Positions 21,484 to 32,682 of a DNA stretch of 64,000 nt are shown here, one piece after another. The first letter of the stretch is position 1. Each line of letters starts with the position of its first letter. The DNA is taken from the NCBI GenBank assembly GCA_026023565.1, contig JAPETS010000027.1:62001-126000 (forward strand), read 5' to 3'. Below the pieces are notes generated by a model. That model saw nothing but the letters and a program-made list of their open reading frames with translations, did no database searches and was not told the origin of the DNA. The translations under genes were made by a program, and so were the position numbers. The stretch is from Cirrosporium novae-zelandiae (Eukaryota).

Positions 21484-23964
21484 ATGGATAACACGGGAGA
21501 CGGTCCTCCTCGAGGTCGGAGACAGCTTCCCTTGAATTTCAAGCTTCTTACGTCCATTAATAAGTTTACAACAATAATCCCAGTCATCATCCTCGTTTTT
21601 TGTCATGTATTCTTCCGAAACCCTGAACAACAGACCGTTGGAGATAATTGGGACATTTGCATCGATGAGCTTACTAAAACTCTTGTCCCTGCACCATGGC
21701 AACATTACACATCCTTAGGATCCTTCGGTTACAATCACCTTTACCAATTACGCTTAGAGGTTGTGTCTTTTTTCGCACGTTCTTCACTCAGCTTTGACGT
21801 TTTCGGAGGACAATATGGCTTATCTCCTTGTGTCCAAAAGCCGCAAAAAATGCTGGATGGGATCCGCGGGCGTTCTATTAGCAATATTACCAGCTTTTGT
21901 CCTACTCAGTCCATTGCAAGGACTGGCTTGGACTGGTCTGGCTTTTACTCACTGATCCGGATTTGCCTCGGGATTTTAACTATTATAGCTGCCATTCATC
22001 TCCTCTGCCGTGCTCTGTTGCCTGATGATTATGCCACAAAGGGTATCAATGCTGTTTCCCACAGCTTCAAAGCGACCTCTTCACATTACAAACGATACAA
22101 AACGATAATGGCTCATTTTATTATCTATATGTCGCTTCTAAGCTATCACAGACTACGACGATATGGAATAAAGAGCAAGAATTTCATCTATGCTATTTTC
22201 TCTAACACCAATATGGCTATTTCATCGTCTATATTCTTTGTTATAGTTATATATTTGTATGTTACGGGATTTGTCCGTGCAGCTTATGAAACCGTCAAAG
22301 CAGCAGTTTCAGTCAACAACTTGTATTACGGACCTTTGTTCTTATTTGGTGTCTGGGCCATCTATTATATTATCCGTCATTCCCCAACTAAAAATGGAAG
22401 TTTCTGGCAAACCATCAAGGCTATTATTCTAGGCTCGGTCCTATTTCCCAGTAATCTCTTTTTATATTCCATCCCAACCATCCATGACGGTTTTGACTAT
22501 ATCATGAAGAAAATCAGAGATCTTTATCAATTCCTCGGGCAACATATCCGCACCATCTCCAGGTATCTTCTATGCCTGCAAATCCTCTCACTTCTGGTCT
22601 TGGGGATTTGCCGTTGGTTCATACCATTGGAGATACCGTTCGACAGAGAAATGCTAAAAGTTTCGATTCTCTTCGCCATATACAGCGCTAATATTTCATG
22701 CTTCAAATATTATTTGGCTGCCCAGTTATGTAAGTGGCTTGTTGAGATTATTGACGGGAGACTTCTCTTGGCTAGATTAAAAGATTATGTGGTCGAGTTT
22801 ATTTATCATGACGAGCAGTCCATAATTGATATGGGTATTGTTGTCGGTATCCTAATTATTATGCTGCTATTTCCCATCACCGTCGCCTACTACTGTGATC
22901 CATTAATAGAGAGAGCTATTTCTCTTTCTACCAAGGTGGGTACTGTACTGGGGCGTTGGATCGCAAAACTACATGGAGCAGCAACCAGGGAATCTGAAGC
23001 CCAGCCTCCCAATACATTTTCCACTCCTCCGCCCGCAATATCCTTCGATCACGCCTCTAGCCTATCAGGCACCGAGCGGTTGGCATATGTCGAGAGGGCC
23101 ACCAGGGCAGCTGCAGAAAGCCAACAACCTGACGACGAGCCTCTTACTTCGGCGACCCTTAGAACCATAGAAGCAATCGCGGAGCATACCATGGCAGTTC
23201 TCAAAGAAGAAGATGAAGAAGCCAAACAAGGTAAGGCTCCAGCTCCTGTACAACCAAGCGCTGCATCTCCCCCATTCCCAGTCCCGGCTCCAAACCCAAA
23301 CCCAAACCCAAGCTCAAACGAATGCAGTGCCCCCCGGGAAAACCCCTCCAACAACAACAATGACCCAGACACCAACTCCCCAAACCCCCTCATCAGCCCC
23401 CTAGACAACCACAACGACATCCAACCACATTCAGAAACCTCACGCACTGCTAACTCCCTCAACCTAACTACTAAAACCCATGAAGAAAAATTCTCCAATC
23501 TCCGAAATGAAGACAGCGTCAAATCCTGGCTCTCTAAACTTAATCCACCTTCTCTTTTCCCCGATACTCCTCCGAATCTAGACGGTGGTGGTTTCGTAGG
23601 AGAAGAAAAATCATCACAACAACAACAAAGACAACAACTAGAAGAACCCTCTCTCCCCCCATCTCCATCCCCATCCCCATCCTCCCCTACTTTCACCTCC
23701 ACCTCCACCTCCGCACCCCCATCCCCAAAAACCCTCCACTACCGCACCCACTCCGAACCCTCCATCATCCCCCCTTTTTCCGAAGTCTACTCCCCGCTTC
23801 TATTATCTTATACCCCATTCTCAGATCCAGGAGATTTGGATATAGAGGAAGAGGGTATGTTAACTCGGGAGGAGTTTTTAGAGATTTTGGAGTTGAATGG
23901 TGAGAGTTGGAGTGAGAGGGGGAATAGCATTGGGAGTTTTGGGAGTTTGGGGACGACGTTTTGA
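21484..23964 (+). CDS. Orphan multi-pass membrane protein, 826 aa, with Pro/Ser-rich disordered C-terminus
   Basis: 826 stop-free codons with many hydrophobic segments in the first ~490 aa; no family recognised. Confidence 0.65.
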   Translation: MDNTGDGPPRGRRQLPLNFKLLTSINKFTTIIPVIILVFCHVFFRNPEQQTVGDNWDICIDELTKTLVPAPWQHYTSLGSFGYNHLYQLRLEVVSFFARSSLSFDVFGGQYGLSPCVQKPQKMLDGIRGRSISNITSFCPTQSIARTGLDWSGFYSLIRICLGILTIIAAIHLLCRALLPDDYATKGINAVSHSFKATSSHYKRYKTIMAHFIIYMSLLSYHRLRRYGIKSKNFIYAIFSNTNMAISSSIFFVIVIYLYVTGFVRAAYETVKAAVSVNNLYYGPLFLFGVWAIYYIIRHSPTKNGSFWQTIKAIILGSVLFPSNLFLYSIPTIHDGFDYIMKKIRDLYQFLGQHIRTISRYLLCLQILSLLVLGICRWFIPLEIPFDREMLKVSILFAIYSANISCFKYYLAAQLCKWLVEIIDGRLLLARLKDYVVEFIYHDEQSIIDMGIVVGILIIMLLFPITVAYYCDPLIERAISLSTKVGTVLGRWIAKLHGAATRESEAQPPNTFSTPPPAISFDHASSLSGTERLAYVERATRAAAESQQPDDEPLTSATLRTIEAIAEHTMAVLKEEDEEAKQGKAPAPVQPSAASPPFPVPAPNPNPNPSSNECSAPRENPSNNNNDPDTNSPNPLISPLDNHNDIQPHSETSRTANSLNLTTKTHEEKFSNLRNEDSVKSWLSKLNPPSLFPDTPPNLDGGGFVGEEKSSQQQQRQQLEEPSLPPSPSPSPSSPTFTSTSTSAPPSPKTLHYRTHSEPSIIPPFSEVYSPLLLSYTPFSDPGDLDIEEEGMLTREEFLEILELNGESWSERGNSIGSFGSLGTTF

Positions 23965-25954
23965 GAAAGAGGATTGAGAGAATAGGGGATTGAAGGAATG
24001 GGGTGGAGTGAAAGTAGTGAGTGTATAGATATGTGAAATAAATCCCTAATATTTATTTATTTATTTCATTTCCTTCCTTACTTCCTTCCTATCCATGTCC
24101 ATGTATGTCCTTCCAACTTCCTCCATTATCCTCCAAGTCTTTCCCCCCTTCTTCTTCTACCCCTACATAATTTAAATATTTGTTCCATCCCATCCCATCC
24201 CATTCCATCCAGTCCCCACCCCGCCTCTTCCAAAAAAAAAAAAAAAAGAAATATTCGATTCATACACAAAGAAGCTTATTTTATGTACTTGCAAAACTCC
24301 CCCTCCCCTTTTCTTCCGTCCTTTCTATTTTAAATCCTATATCCATATTCTTAGTAAAACAATCAAATAGGCAAAGTAGAGGTAAGTTAAATGACGATAT
24401 TTATTCCTAAAAGAAAGTCCATATTCTCATTCTGTTACTTCCCCTTCTTCACATTTCACATTTCACATTTCACATTTCACACTTCCATCCTAAAAAAAAA
24501 AACAAAAAAAAACTAAACCACTTCAACTCCTCAAGGCTGAAGGTGAAAAAATCTAAATAAGGTACTAGGAAGTGTAAGATGGATGTAGGTTGGGTTAGAG
24601 TGGGTTAGAGTGGGTTGGGTTAGAGTTGTTGATATCAAATTCGCCACTAATCACTAGAACCATAACCATAACTAATAATAAAATGAATATAAAAATCTCC
24701 AGTTGATGTTTTGTATGTATGTATGTATGTATGTATGTATGTACATGTATATATTGTCAACCGTCCGTCTAGAACTAAACACTATCACTACTACTGCTCC
24801 ACTCTATTACTTCCCCGGCCCGCCCTATCCCCATCCTCCACCCCTTTCCATATATCTAATATCTATATGTACAGTACAATTAAGCCATACCACGCCACCT
24901 CCCACGCCACGCCACAGCCTCCAATAAACTAGTCAACCAACTCTAGAAATGAATATGAACGGCACCGACCAAGAGACGACCTTGGGGTTATGTATGCATA
25001 ATGCATATGCATGATTTTGTAGAACGACACTGTCAGTTAGATCAGACTAGAACTAGCAAAATTAGCCACCACCACCACCAGTACGACACACACACACCAA
25101 AATAATCCTTTCACCATACTCCACATTTCCACCTCGTCTCTCGTCCCCCGTCCGTCCATCTGCACGAAGGGGACACACGCAAGGATGGGAACGTGCTTCT
25201 GGGGGGGAGATGGTAATGTAAAGGATAGTATGTGAATGTGAATGCAGGTGTGAATGTGGCATGCGTTATATGCAAGATATAGGGATGTGATATTCCCATC
25301 AGCAAGGAAAAGAGGACATCATTTAGATCATAGTCCCACCCCCCACAACCACGTCCACGCTCACCCTCCCTCCTTTCGGCATGGCGTTGCAGCAAAAAAC
25401 ACTAAGACAGAAAAACCGTATTTCAAACAAGGATATTTTGTGCGGGAAAGCGGTGCACAGCATGGCAACAGTAGTAGCGGGGTATATTTTCTTGGTTTTG
25501 TTTGTTAACCCCCCTCCACACCGGGCCGTTTCCCGCTTGAAAGATGACTAATTCGACATTTAATGCAACTTGGATTGTATAATATCATGTCTCTTCTTTG
25601 ATCTGACATGCATCGTTTGGATTGTGGAGGCTCCGCTTGCCTGTCTACCAATCAACCAGGAACCGATTTGTTATATCCCGTGTGCATGTGACATGTCCCA
25701 TATTTGCTTTTTTTCCCTCCGTATACTTTGTTTAATTTTTTATCGTGCACGCACCCTTTACGGTTTTGCTTGCGGCACGGTTTCCCGCAGCAAATGGGGT
25801 CGCAAATGAGGTGTGACTATATATTGTTGGTAAAGTAGAGAGCGGGGCTGGGAAGATGGAGGCTCTAGGTCGGCATGATGGTTTGTGGAAGGCTGGAATG
25901 TGGGTGTGGGGCACATTGATAACGATACATGATTTGTAGATATTGATTGCCGCA

Positions 25955-26860
25955 TCATAAGACGAGGACCAGGATGAGGAGGAGAATTAGCACGAATATG
26001 AGGATTGCAATGCAACAACTCGACATCGTATCTGTCATGCTCGGTTGTTAGCACTGCTATCCGTTTTAACAGCCATCTGACAGCTTTTGTGGCTATAGAG
26101 TTACGCATACCTTCATTATTCTTAATGACCCACCCAATCTTTTTGACCCCATTCTGTAGCTTCCCCCCAACCCGATCTGCTATCCCGTCTACATCATCAA
26201 GAATTTCCGCTTGCTCTTCCAATTCTCTTCCCATATCATTTGCTTGTTGCCTCAAATTCCCTACCGTTCGAAACACGCCGTCCAGAGCTTCGTCCTGCTC
26301 ATGCATCATTTCGAGCTGCCGCTGTTGTTCAAAGGCTGTGTAATCGTCCGAGTTGTCTTGAGGAGAAAATGGGGAATCAAACTCGTCTGGGGAGGGAAGA
26401 CGTCCTGGGGGTACATCGTGTAGGATAGCATTCTTTCCTTTCCTCTCTGCTGATTCGACTGTTTGGTGCATTTCATCGCGCATCTTTTCAACTTCTGCGC
26501 CGACTTCCCTCACGAGTCTCCTTCGCCTCTCGACTTCCTCGACCTCGAGACCATAGCGGTAGGGATCATTCTCAACGGCCTTGACGCTTTCAACTAGATC
26601 CGCAAGATCAGTCGTCAGGTCTAAGAGGACGGCTTCAAGGTCCTGGCGTGCTTGGAGGAGCTCGGGGGAGGATGGAGAGGTTGAGAGGGAGCGGATGCGG
26701 AGATATGATTGAAACAAGGGGCGGGTGGAGTTTAGCGTAGATAAAACATCTCTGATAATATCAATCAGTGATTGGATTATTAATGGTTAGGATATAATAG
26801 ATAAGGGATGTATTACGCTTGAACTTGGAGGAAGGGATCCTCGTCGGCCGCAAAGGACAT
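25955..26860 (-). CDS. TLG1: Syntaxin-6/Tlg1 Qc-SNARE
   Basis: MSFAADEDPFLQVQADVL N-terminus, SNARE motif EQDEALDGVFRTVGNLRQQANDMGRELEEQ and C-terminal TM (SSCCIAILIFVLILLLILVLVL). Introns 26752-26816 and 26032-26110. Confidence 0.93.
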
Positions 26861-27182
26861 AGCTAGATGAATTGACGAGGTATAGCTAGGGGATTATAAA
26901 AGAAAGAGGCTCCTATAGAGAAAGGAGCTGTTAATGGATCAAAATATTAAAGGTAGATAATATACAGGTGTTTATAGTTCAACCAAGCGGGCAAGGGAAT
27001 GGATGATGAATCTATTTACAGAACTGCCTGATGTTCAGGAACGGGGAGGAGATGGTCATAGCTTCTCCTACTTGGGCCAATTGATTTTCTCTACCGCCGG
27101 ACTTTACTAATTCCGCTTCCCTCTCCGCACTCGCCAATTTTTCCTTACCAAAGTGATTCAACGATTGATAAATTGATATAAT

Positions 27183-29000
27183 ATGCCTCCCTCGTCACCC
27201 CTACCGCTTCATCATGGTTGGCCAGATACGGATACCTATGTGAATTCTCTCTTGAATTTTTTCAAGACCAATCATTCTTTTCAGATCCTGTGCGGCGGCA
27301 TTCATATCCTAGATTTCATAACTCACGAACCCGACATCTATTCTAGTGTTTTCCCTAATGAATGGAGAGAATTCTTTGAAAAGCACCCAGTACATGATAT
27401 ACTAGACTTGTGTATGAGGGAGGAGCTCGTACGGTTTGACGAAAAAATTAATTCTGCCGATGCTGTGGTCAACGGACTGCCATCACGGACTGACAATCCG
27501 CTCTCCGCGCAGAATGAAGACCTCTCAACATGGCGGGATGGTCCTTCACCACCTCATAGTCTCATTTCCTTCATTCATGACATCCGGCGTCATTGTCTAT
27601 GCCGAGACTTTGCCCCTGATTTCGACACTACATCTATCCCAGCCGTCACCCGCAATGTAGGCGTTGGAATGAGGCCTAAGAAAATTCACGAAGTGGAGAA
27701 TTTTGCGCACTATATTGATAAGCTGACTGTTGATATCGCTGCTTCCTATGGTCATGATATTACCCATGTTGTTGACTTTGGCTCCGGTCAAAACTATCTA
27801 GGTCGTGCGCTAGCTAGCCAACCATATGAAAAGAGCATAATTGCGATTGAGAGCAAACAGTTGAATATTGATGGCGCTAGGACCATGGATGTAGCCGCAA
27901 GGTTGGCAAAAAAGGAGATGGTTATACGCAATAAAAAGTTGTACCGTCTGGAACAAACTCTGAAGCGGAAGCAGAATAACCAAGTGCAAGTCGAGCTGGA
28001 TCCGAAATATTTGCAAATAATTCAAGAAATTGAAAAGCTCAAGGTCATGGATTTCCCTGCTGTAGAGATTCCACAGGCAGATAATCCGGACAACCCAGGA
28101 CCTGTTCAGTATGTCTTTCATGAAATCAAGGACGGCCATTTAGATCCTGTTATAGAGAAGATCCATAGCAAGCCTGACAGCGATAAGAAGGAATTAATGG
28201 TCATTTCTCTTCATTCCTGCGGAAATCTTGTTCATCATGGCCTTCGATCGCTTCTCCTTAACCCTTCTGTCGCCGCCGTAGCCCTTGTTGGTTGCTGTTA
28301 TAATCTTATGACCGAAAAACTTGGCCCACCGACATACAAAGTGCCCGAGCTGAGATTACCCAGGATCAACCTCACTAATACGGTCCCCCACGGCGACCCC
28401 CATGGCTTCCCAATGTCCAAACGATACTCGGAAAATCATATCGCTCCAAATATTACGGCACGTTGCATGGCCGTCCAAGCACCCCACAATTGGACTCCAA
28501 AAGACTGTGACAACTTCTTCACCCGCCATTATTACCGATGTGTGTTTCAACGAATCCTGTTGGACCGGAAAATCATTTCTAAGCCGACTTGGATTGTTGG
28601 AGAAGACGACACCAAGTGCCCAGACGAGGCGGTATTTGGAGGTGCCATAATCATCGGGTCCTTGCCAAAAAGTTGTCTTTCTTCTTTTGGGACATACGTT
28701 CGAGCATCTATATCAAGACTTATCACCGAGCCAGAACGAGGCGATATATTTAAGGAGAAGCTCGAGACGCTCAGCGATGAGGAAATCGATAGTTATGAGC
28801 GTCGATATCATGCCAAGAAGAAAGAATTGGCCATAACATGGTCGTTGATGGCCTTTGCCGCGGGTGTAGTGGAATCATTAATCGTCGTCGATCGCTGGTT
28901 GTTTCTACGGGAACAAAAAGAGGTAAAATGCTCGTGGGTAGAGCCAGTATTTGATTATCGTCTAAGCCCCAGGAATCTAGTGGTATGCGGACTGAAATAG
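27183..29000 (+). CDS. SAM-dependent methyltransferase, METTL25/RRNAD1-like
   Basis: MRPKKIHEV, VVDFGSGQNYLGR, SLHSCGNL, VGCCYNL, VESLIVVDRWLFLRE and FDYRLSPRN; intronless. Confidence 0.88.
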   Translation: MPPSSPLPLHHGWPDTDTYVNSLLNFFKTNHSFQILCGGIHILDFITHEPDIYSSVFPNEWREFFEKHPVHDILDLCMREELVRFDEKINSADAVVNGLPSRTDNPLSAQNEDLSTWRDGPSPPHSLISFIHDIRRHCLCRDFAPDFDTTSIPAVTRNVGVGMRPKKIHEVENFAHYIDKLTVDIAASYGHDITHVVDFGSGQNYLGRALASQPYEKSIIAIESKQLNIDGARTMDVAARLAKKEMVIRNKKLYRLEQTLKRKQNNQVQVELDPKYLQIIQEIEKLKVMDFPAVEIPQADNPDNPGPVQYVFHEIKDGHLDPVIEKIHSKPDSDKKELMVISLHSCGNLVHHGLRSLLLNPSVAAVALVGCCYNLMTEKLGPPTYKVPELRLPRINLTNTVPHGDPHGFPMSKRYSENHIAPNITARCMAVQAPHNWTPKDCDNFFTRHYYRCVFQRILLDRKIISKPTWIVGEDDTKCPDEAVFGGAIIIGSLPKSCLSSFGTYVRASISRLITEPERGDIFKEKLETLSDEEIDSYERRYHAKKKELAITWSLMAFAAGVVESLIVVDRWLFLREQKEVKCSWVEPVFDYRLSPRNLVVCGLK

Positions 29001-29464
29001 TGAGGGAAGGACCGAGGAAAAATAAGACCAAGGGGGAATCAAAAAGCGACCTACAGTACATACCTTACACAGTACGGATTTTAAAAACCCACCAACGGAC
29101 TTTGGGGGGTCTTCGGGCGAAATCTGATTTAAATCAGTATTCACTGAATATAGATTTTTATTCTTCGAAACTTGCAAAGGCTCTCGGGTAATATGGGGAC
29201 CAATCTAATCTCATACGAAAACCAAATGTACTGCTATTTTTTGGTTCCGCTCTTAGGCCTAGGATATGCATATACATAGGCTGCGTATGAAAAAATCCTC
29301 TCATTAGAACATTCACTTCCGGCATTTGTGAATAATCCCTGAGAGATTATGCCATTCTCCAAATGCAACGCCTGAAAGCAGGAAAATCAAACTTTGTTCG
29401 TCGAAGGAGATACAGCAGCTCGTGTTGAGTAATGTTGAGACTCCCGAGACCGGTAGCATCGTCA

Positions 29465-30780
29465 TCAGTGCCTACGACGATGAGATGGTTCGTCCTTATC
29501 CACATAGCGGCTATTTTGGTTCAGGCACGCACAGCTAGTGCAACTAGGATGGATATAACTATGTTCCTGAACCATCTCTACAATTCTCTTTGCTGTTAAC
29601 CCTAGATTATGACGCATACTATCCCAATTGGTTCGCATTTTGTCAAATTCTTTCAGGTCACTTGCCGAGAGCCCTGGGGGTGCTATACAACCAAGGGTGG
29701 GCGCTACCGTTAGGTTAGATGATACAGAAGAACTTCCAATCCTGGCGGGCTTAGCTGGTAGCGGAGCAGGTAAAGAACGAGAAAATCTTTCAAGCGAGCT
29801 ACCGGTAGTCTTGCCTCGAATCTTTTCTTTCAAATGAATGATCTGATTGCTTTGCACAATATATATGTCTCGAGCGAGAAGACCCCCGTTTTCCATCAAA
29901 GCATATATTTCATCCTCTTGGCTCAGGGAGGGATCATTGAAGTAGCATCCAGCTTTGGACCGGAAATAAGAGCGGAAAATTTGATCCTCGCTCGCATCAA
30001 CACAGCCATATATGTGCTTAGAAATTTCCAGAAAGGCGGACGACTCGTGGGCTTTGGCAGAGCGCATCTTGGCGATAGTGAGGGCTTGTAGAGCCGGTAG
30101 TCGAAGCTTCGCGGCAGCAATGTAAACCTCTGCCAATTCACGGATTAGGGCAGGGCGGCGCTCCATGGTGGGTGTTGGGGAGTAGGTAGCTGAGTAAAGG
30201 AAGTCGAGAATGAACTGAAATATATGCACCGAAATATCGGGGAGTTCAATGTACTCTAGCTCGTCGGCTTCGTAGTCGCGATAAGAAGTTGGTTGAGTTC
30301 TTGGTAAAATGCCTTCTTTGGTATCAATTAGAGTGGCAGGGTTCTCCTCAGATTCACTGCTACTGGATATGATGATAGGCTCTTCTGGATTGCCTTGCGG
30401 CTCATTCCCATTCTTTTCACCTGCGAATTCTTTGCCTTTTCCTAACAGGCGATCCACAGAAGTTTTACCTGTGCAGAGGGAGGCAAGAACAGGCGACTGT
30501 TGTAGGATAGATTGATGTACAAAGTGAGATTTCTTTATTAAACCGACACGAATTGGGATGATCGGTGAGCTATAAGGCCTATTGGAGATTAGTTGAGATA
30601 TTTTCAAGGGCAAGACTTCGACTAACAAAGCCTGAAGGTGGTGTCACTTACTCATCTATCATTGTCGTCTGATCTGGCGTAATGGAATCAAGGAAAGAAT
30701 CAACTTCTGTACATTGCCTTTTTGCAATATGAAACGAATTACTCCCTGGAGAGCGACTGTGTACTAAACTCATCGGTAGT
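29465..30780 (-). CDS. BTB/POZ-domain protein (5' exons uncertain)
   Basis: PYSSPIIPIRVG..FVHQSIL, IELPDISVHIFQFILDFLYSATY and LAEVYIAAAKLRLPALQ are typical of fungal BTB proteins. An intron with GTAAGT donor near 30650 and TAG acceptor near 30580 lies upstream. The start was not fixed, so the upper coordinate is approximate. Confidence 0.75.
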
Positions 30781-32220
30781 AATGTCTATCTCACTTGACG
30801 GTTATTGTTGAAAGTCTAATATTGCTAGTAGGAAACCTCCAAGGCGAAAACGAAAGGCGATGCTCTAGTACATCGTACAGACGGATTTCAGAATCAACAA
30901 AATAACTTGATCTAATCTCGGGGGGGCCTTCAAATGCATTCACTCGATTGTGGTTGAAAGCTCTTTCCAAAATCGGCCAACTTGAATCGCTACATTACTT
31001 TGGTTCAAAGCGTTCAAACGACTCAAAGTGAATGCAACAGATAATTAATTCACTTACACCCTTTCTCGTTTCTCCATTTACATATGCTCGTATGCATAAA
31101 GTCCCATTTGTTCTCCTTCCACAACTAGGAATTCATCAGCTCCTGAGTTATATACTATCTTTATTATCCATACATGTATTTCCTAGACCACGACCCCTCA
31201 GAGTCTCATCAGCGTACAGAAGTTGAGAGCTTTCTCCGTGTTATCGATGGCTCTTATGTCCTACCTTTGGTACTTGCCCGCAGACGTAATAACACCTACC
31301 GTCGTTCTATTTAAACCTACAAATTTTGTAAATCGAAATTCCATATCCTTCGTTGCACTTGTTGAGTTACGCACTGCACCATGCTCCATATAATATGCAA
31401 TACTAGGTTACTCAAGTTACCCAGTCACCTTTTGATAACTCAACAGCACTGATATAAAGCTTTTTCTAATTCTATCGAAACAGCTTAATCTAAGATCATA
31501 ATATAACTTTTTATATAAGCACCCTATAAAGAAGGCCTACAAATATTTCATCTATGCCATGATGCAACTGAAGTTGTAGTGCTTACGCGAGATCCCGGTC
31601 ATTGCATGCGTGTCGCGACTTCGCTGTGAATGCTACTTCCTCTTCTCTTTGCTTGATATGCCTTAGGAGCGCCATACCTACGAGGGTTTGCATACTAAAC
31701 AAGGGAACGTTGTCGAAGTCTTCGAGAAGATATTGAAAGCCGGATCCGAAACTGACTAGACGTTAAGCCTAGACACTCATGTTGGTCCTGCAGACCCTTT
31801 CGAAGATCCGGGCATCATGAATTATCTTGGTTAACTTGTATATACAGTATGGGTGGATTTCTATTGTCTTGGAATACACATGCCTCCACTGTGGTATTTT
31901 GATTGCGATGCAAAGGCAAATACCGTTATCAGGAGTATGGTTACTATATGAAACATTCCATTTGCTAATTGGAACTCCTGCCAGCCTACATAACCGACGC
32001 ACATTAAGCGCGTCCGAACCATATCGATTGAGACACTTGGGAAGAACTGGTTGAAGCGACGCTGGAGGAGTAAATGAAAGGAGAGAGACTGTTGCAGGAC
32101 TAGAAGGAGACTGTTTATTAATAAAGTTCTGATCGTGATGGTTAACTAATCAAGCAATTCTTAATGTCTAGTATAGAAAGACCCTTCAACACCTTTACGC
32201 ACTATGTATATTCCCAATGA

Positions 32221-32682
32221 GATCGGGAACGTCGTGTTACAGTTCCCCGCTTACTTGATTTACAAAATTTGACTTCTTCAATATTGACACTTACACACAA
32301 GGAACTTTGTGGAACAAAAACAAAAACTTCCGAGAAAGCTTTCGTGGCAGTCAAGCTTCAGGAGATGGGGTCCTTAACTCCATCGATCACAGACTTGGGG
32401 GCCTACTAAAAGTGAAGGGCACCTCCGCCTCGCGGAGGTTGCGGTGACGGTCGTTGGATCACCTGCGTCTCCTATCCCGGGGAGGCGAATGGGGGTTGCG
32501 GGAGCTGCCATTGGCAGAGTTACTCTCGACGTTGTGCTGAAAGTAAGTATTTACGGTTATTGTTTCGGACCGTAATTAATGAAATAGGTATACGAAGAGC
32601 TGTATCTCCCCTCAGTGGAGGCTATACACCCTACGCTAGAGGAGACAAGAAAGAGTGGAACGGAAGAAAAAATCGTAGCATA
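32221..32682 (+). pseudogene. Decayed DUF3716-like Cys-rich (putative Zn-binding) gene
   Basis: One frame reads EKAFVAVKLQEMG..GAY*K*RAPPPRGGCGDGRWITCVSYPGEANGGCGSCHWQSYSRRC, with stops at 32407 and 32413. It is followed by a GTAAGT..TAG intron-like segment at 32543-32587. Confidence 0.5.

Noticed and set aside
24592..24625. GGGTTAGAGT repeats as interstitial telomere
   Set aside because: Only about 3 degenerate units, not TTAGGG arrays, within a microsatellite-rich spacer.
32541..32550. Minus strand begins ATACTTAC, like the U1 snRNA 5' end
   Set aside because: It continues TT rather than CTGG, with no U1 loops or Sm site. It is better explained as a plus-strand GTAAGT donor.
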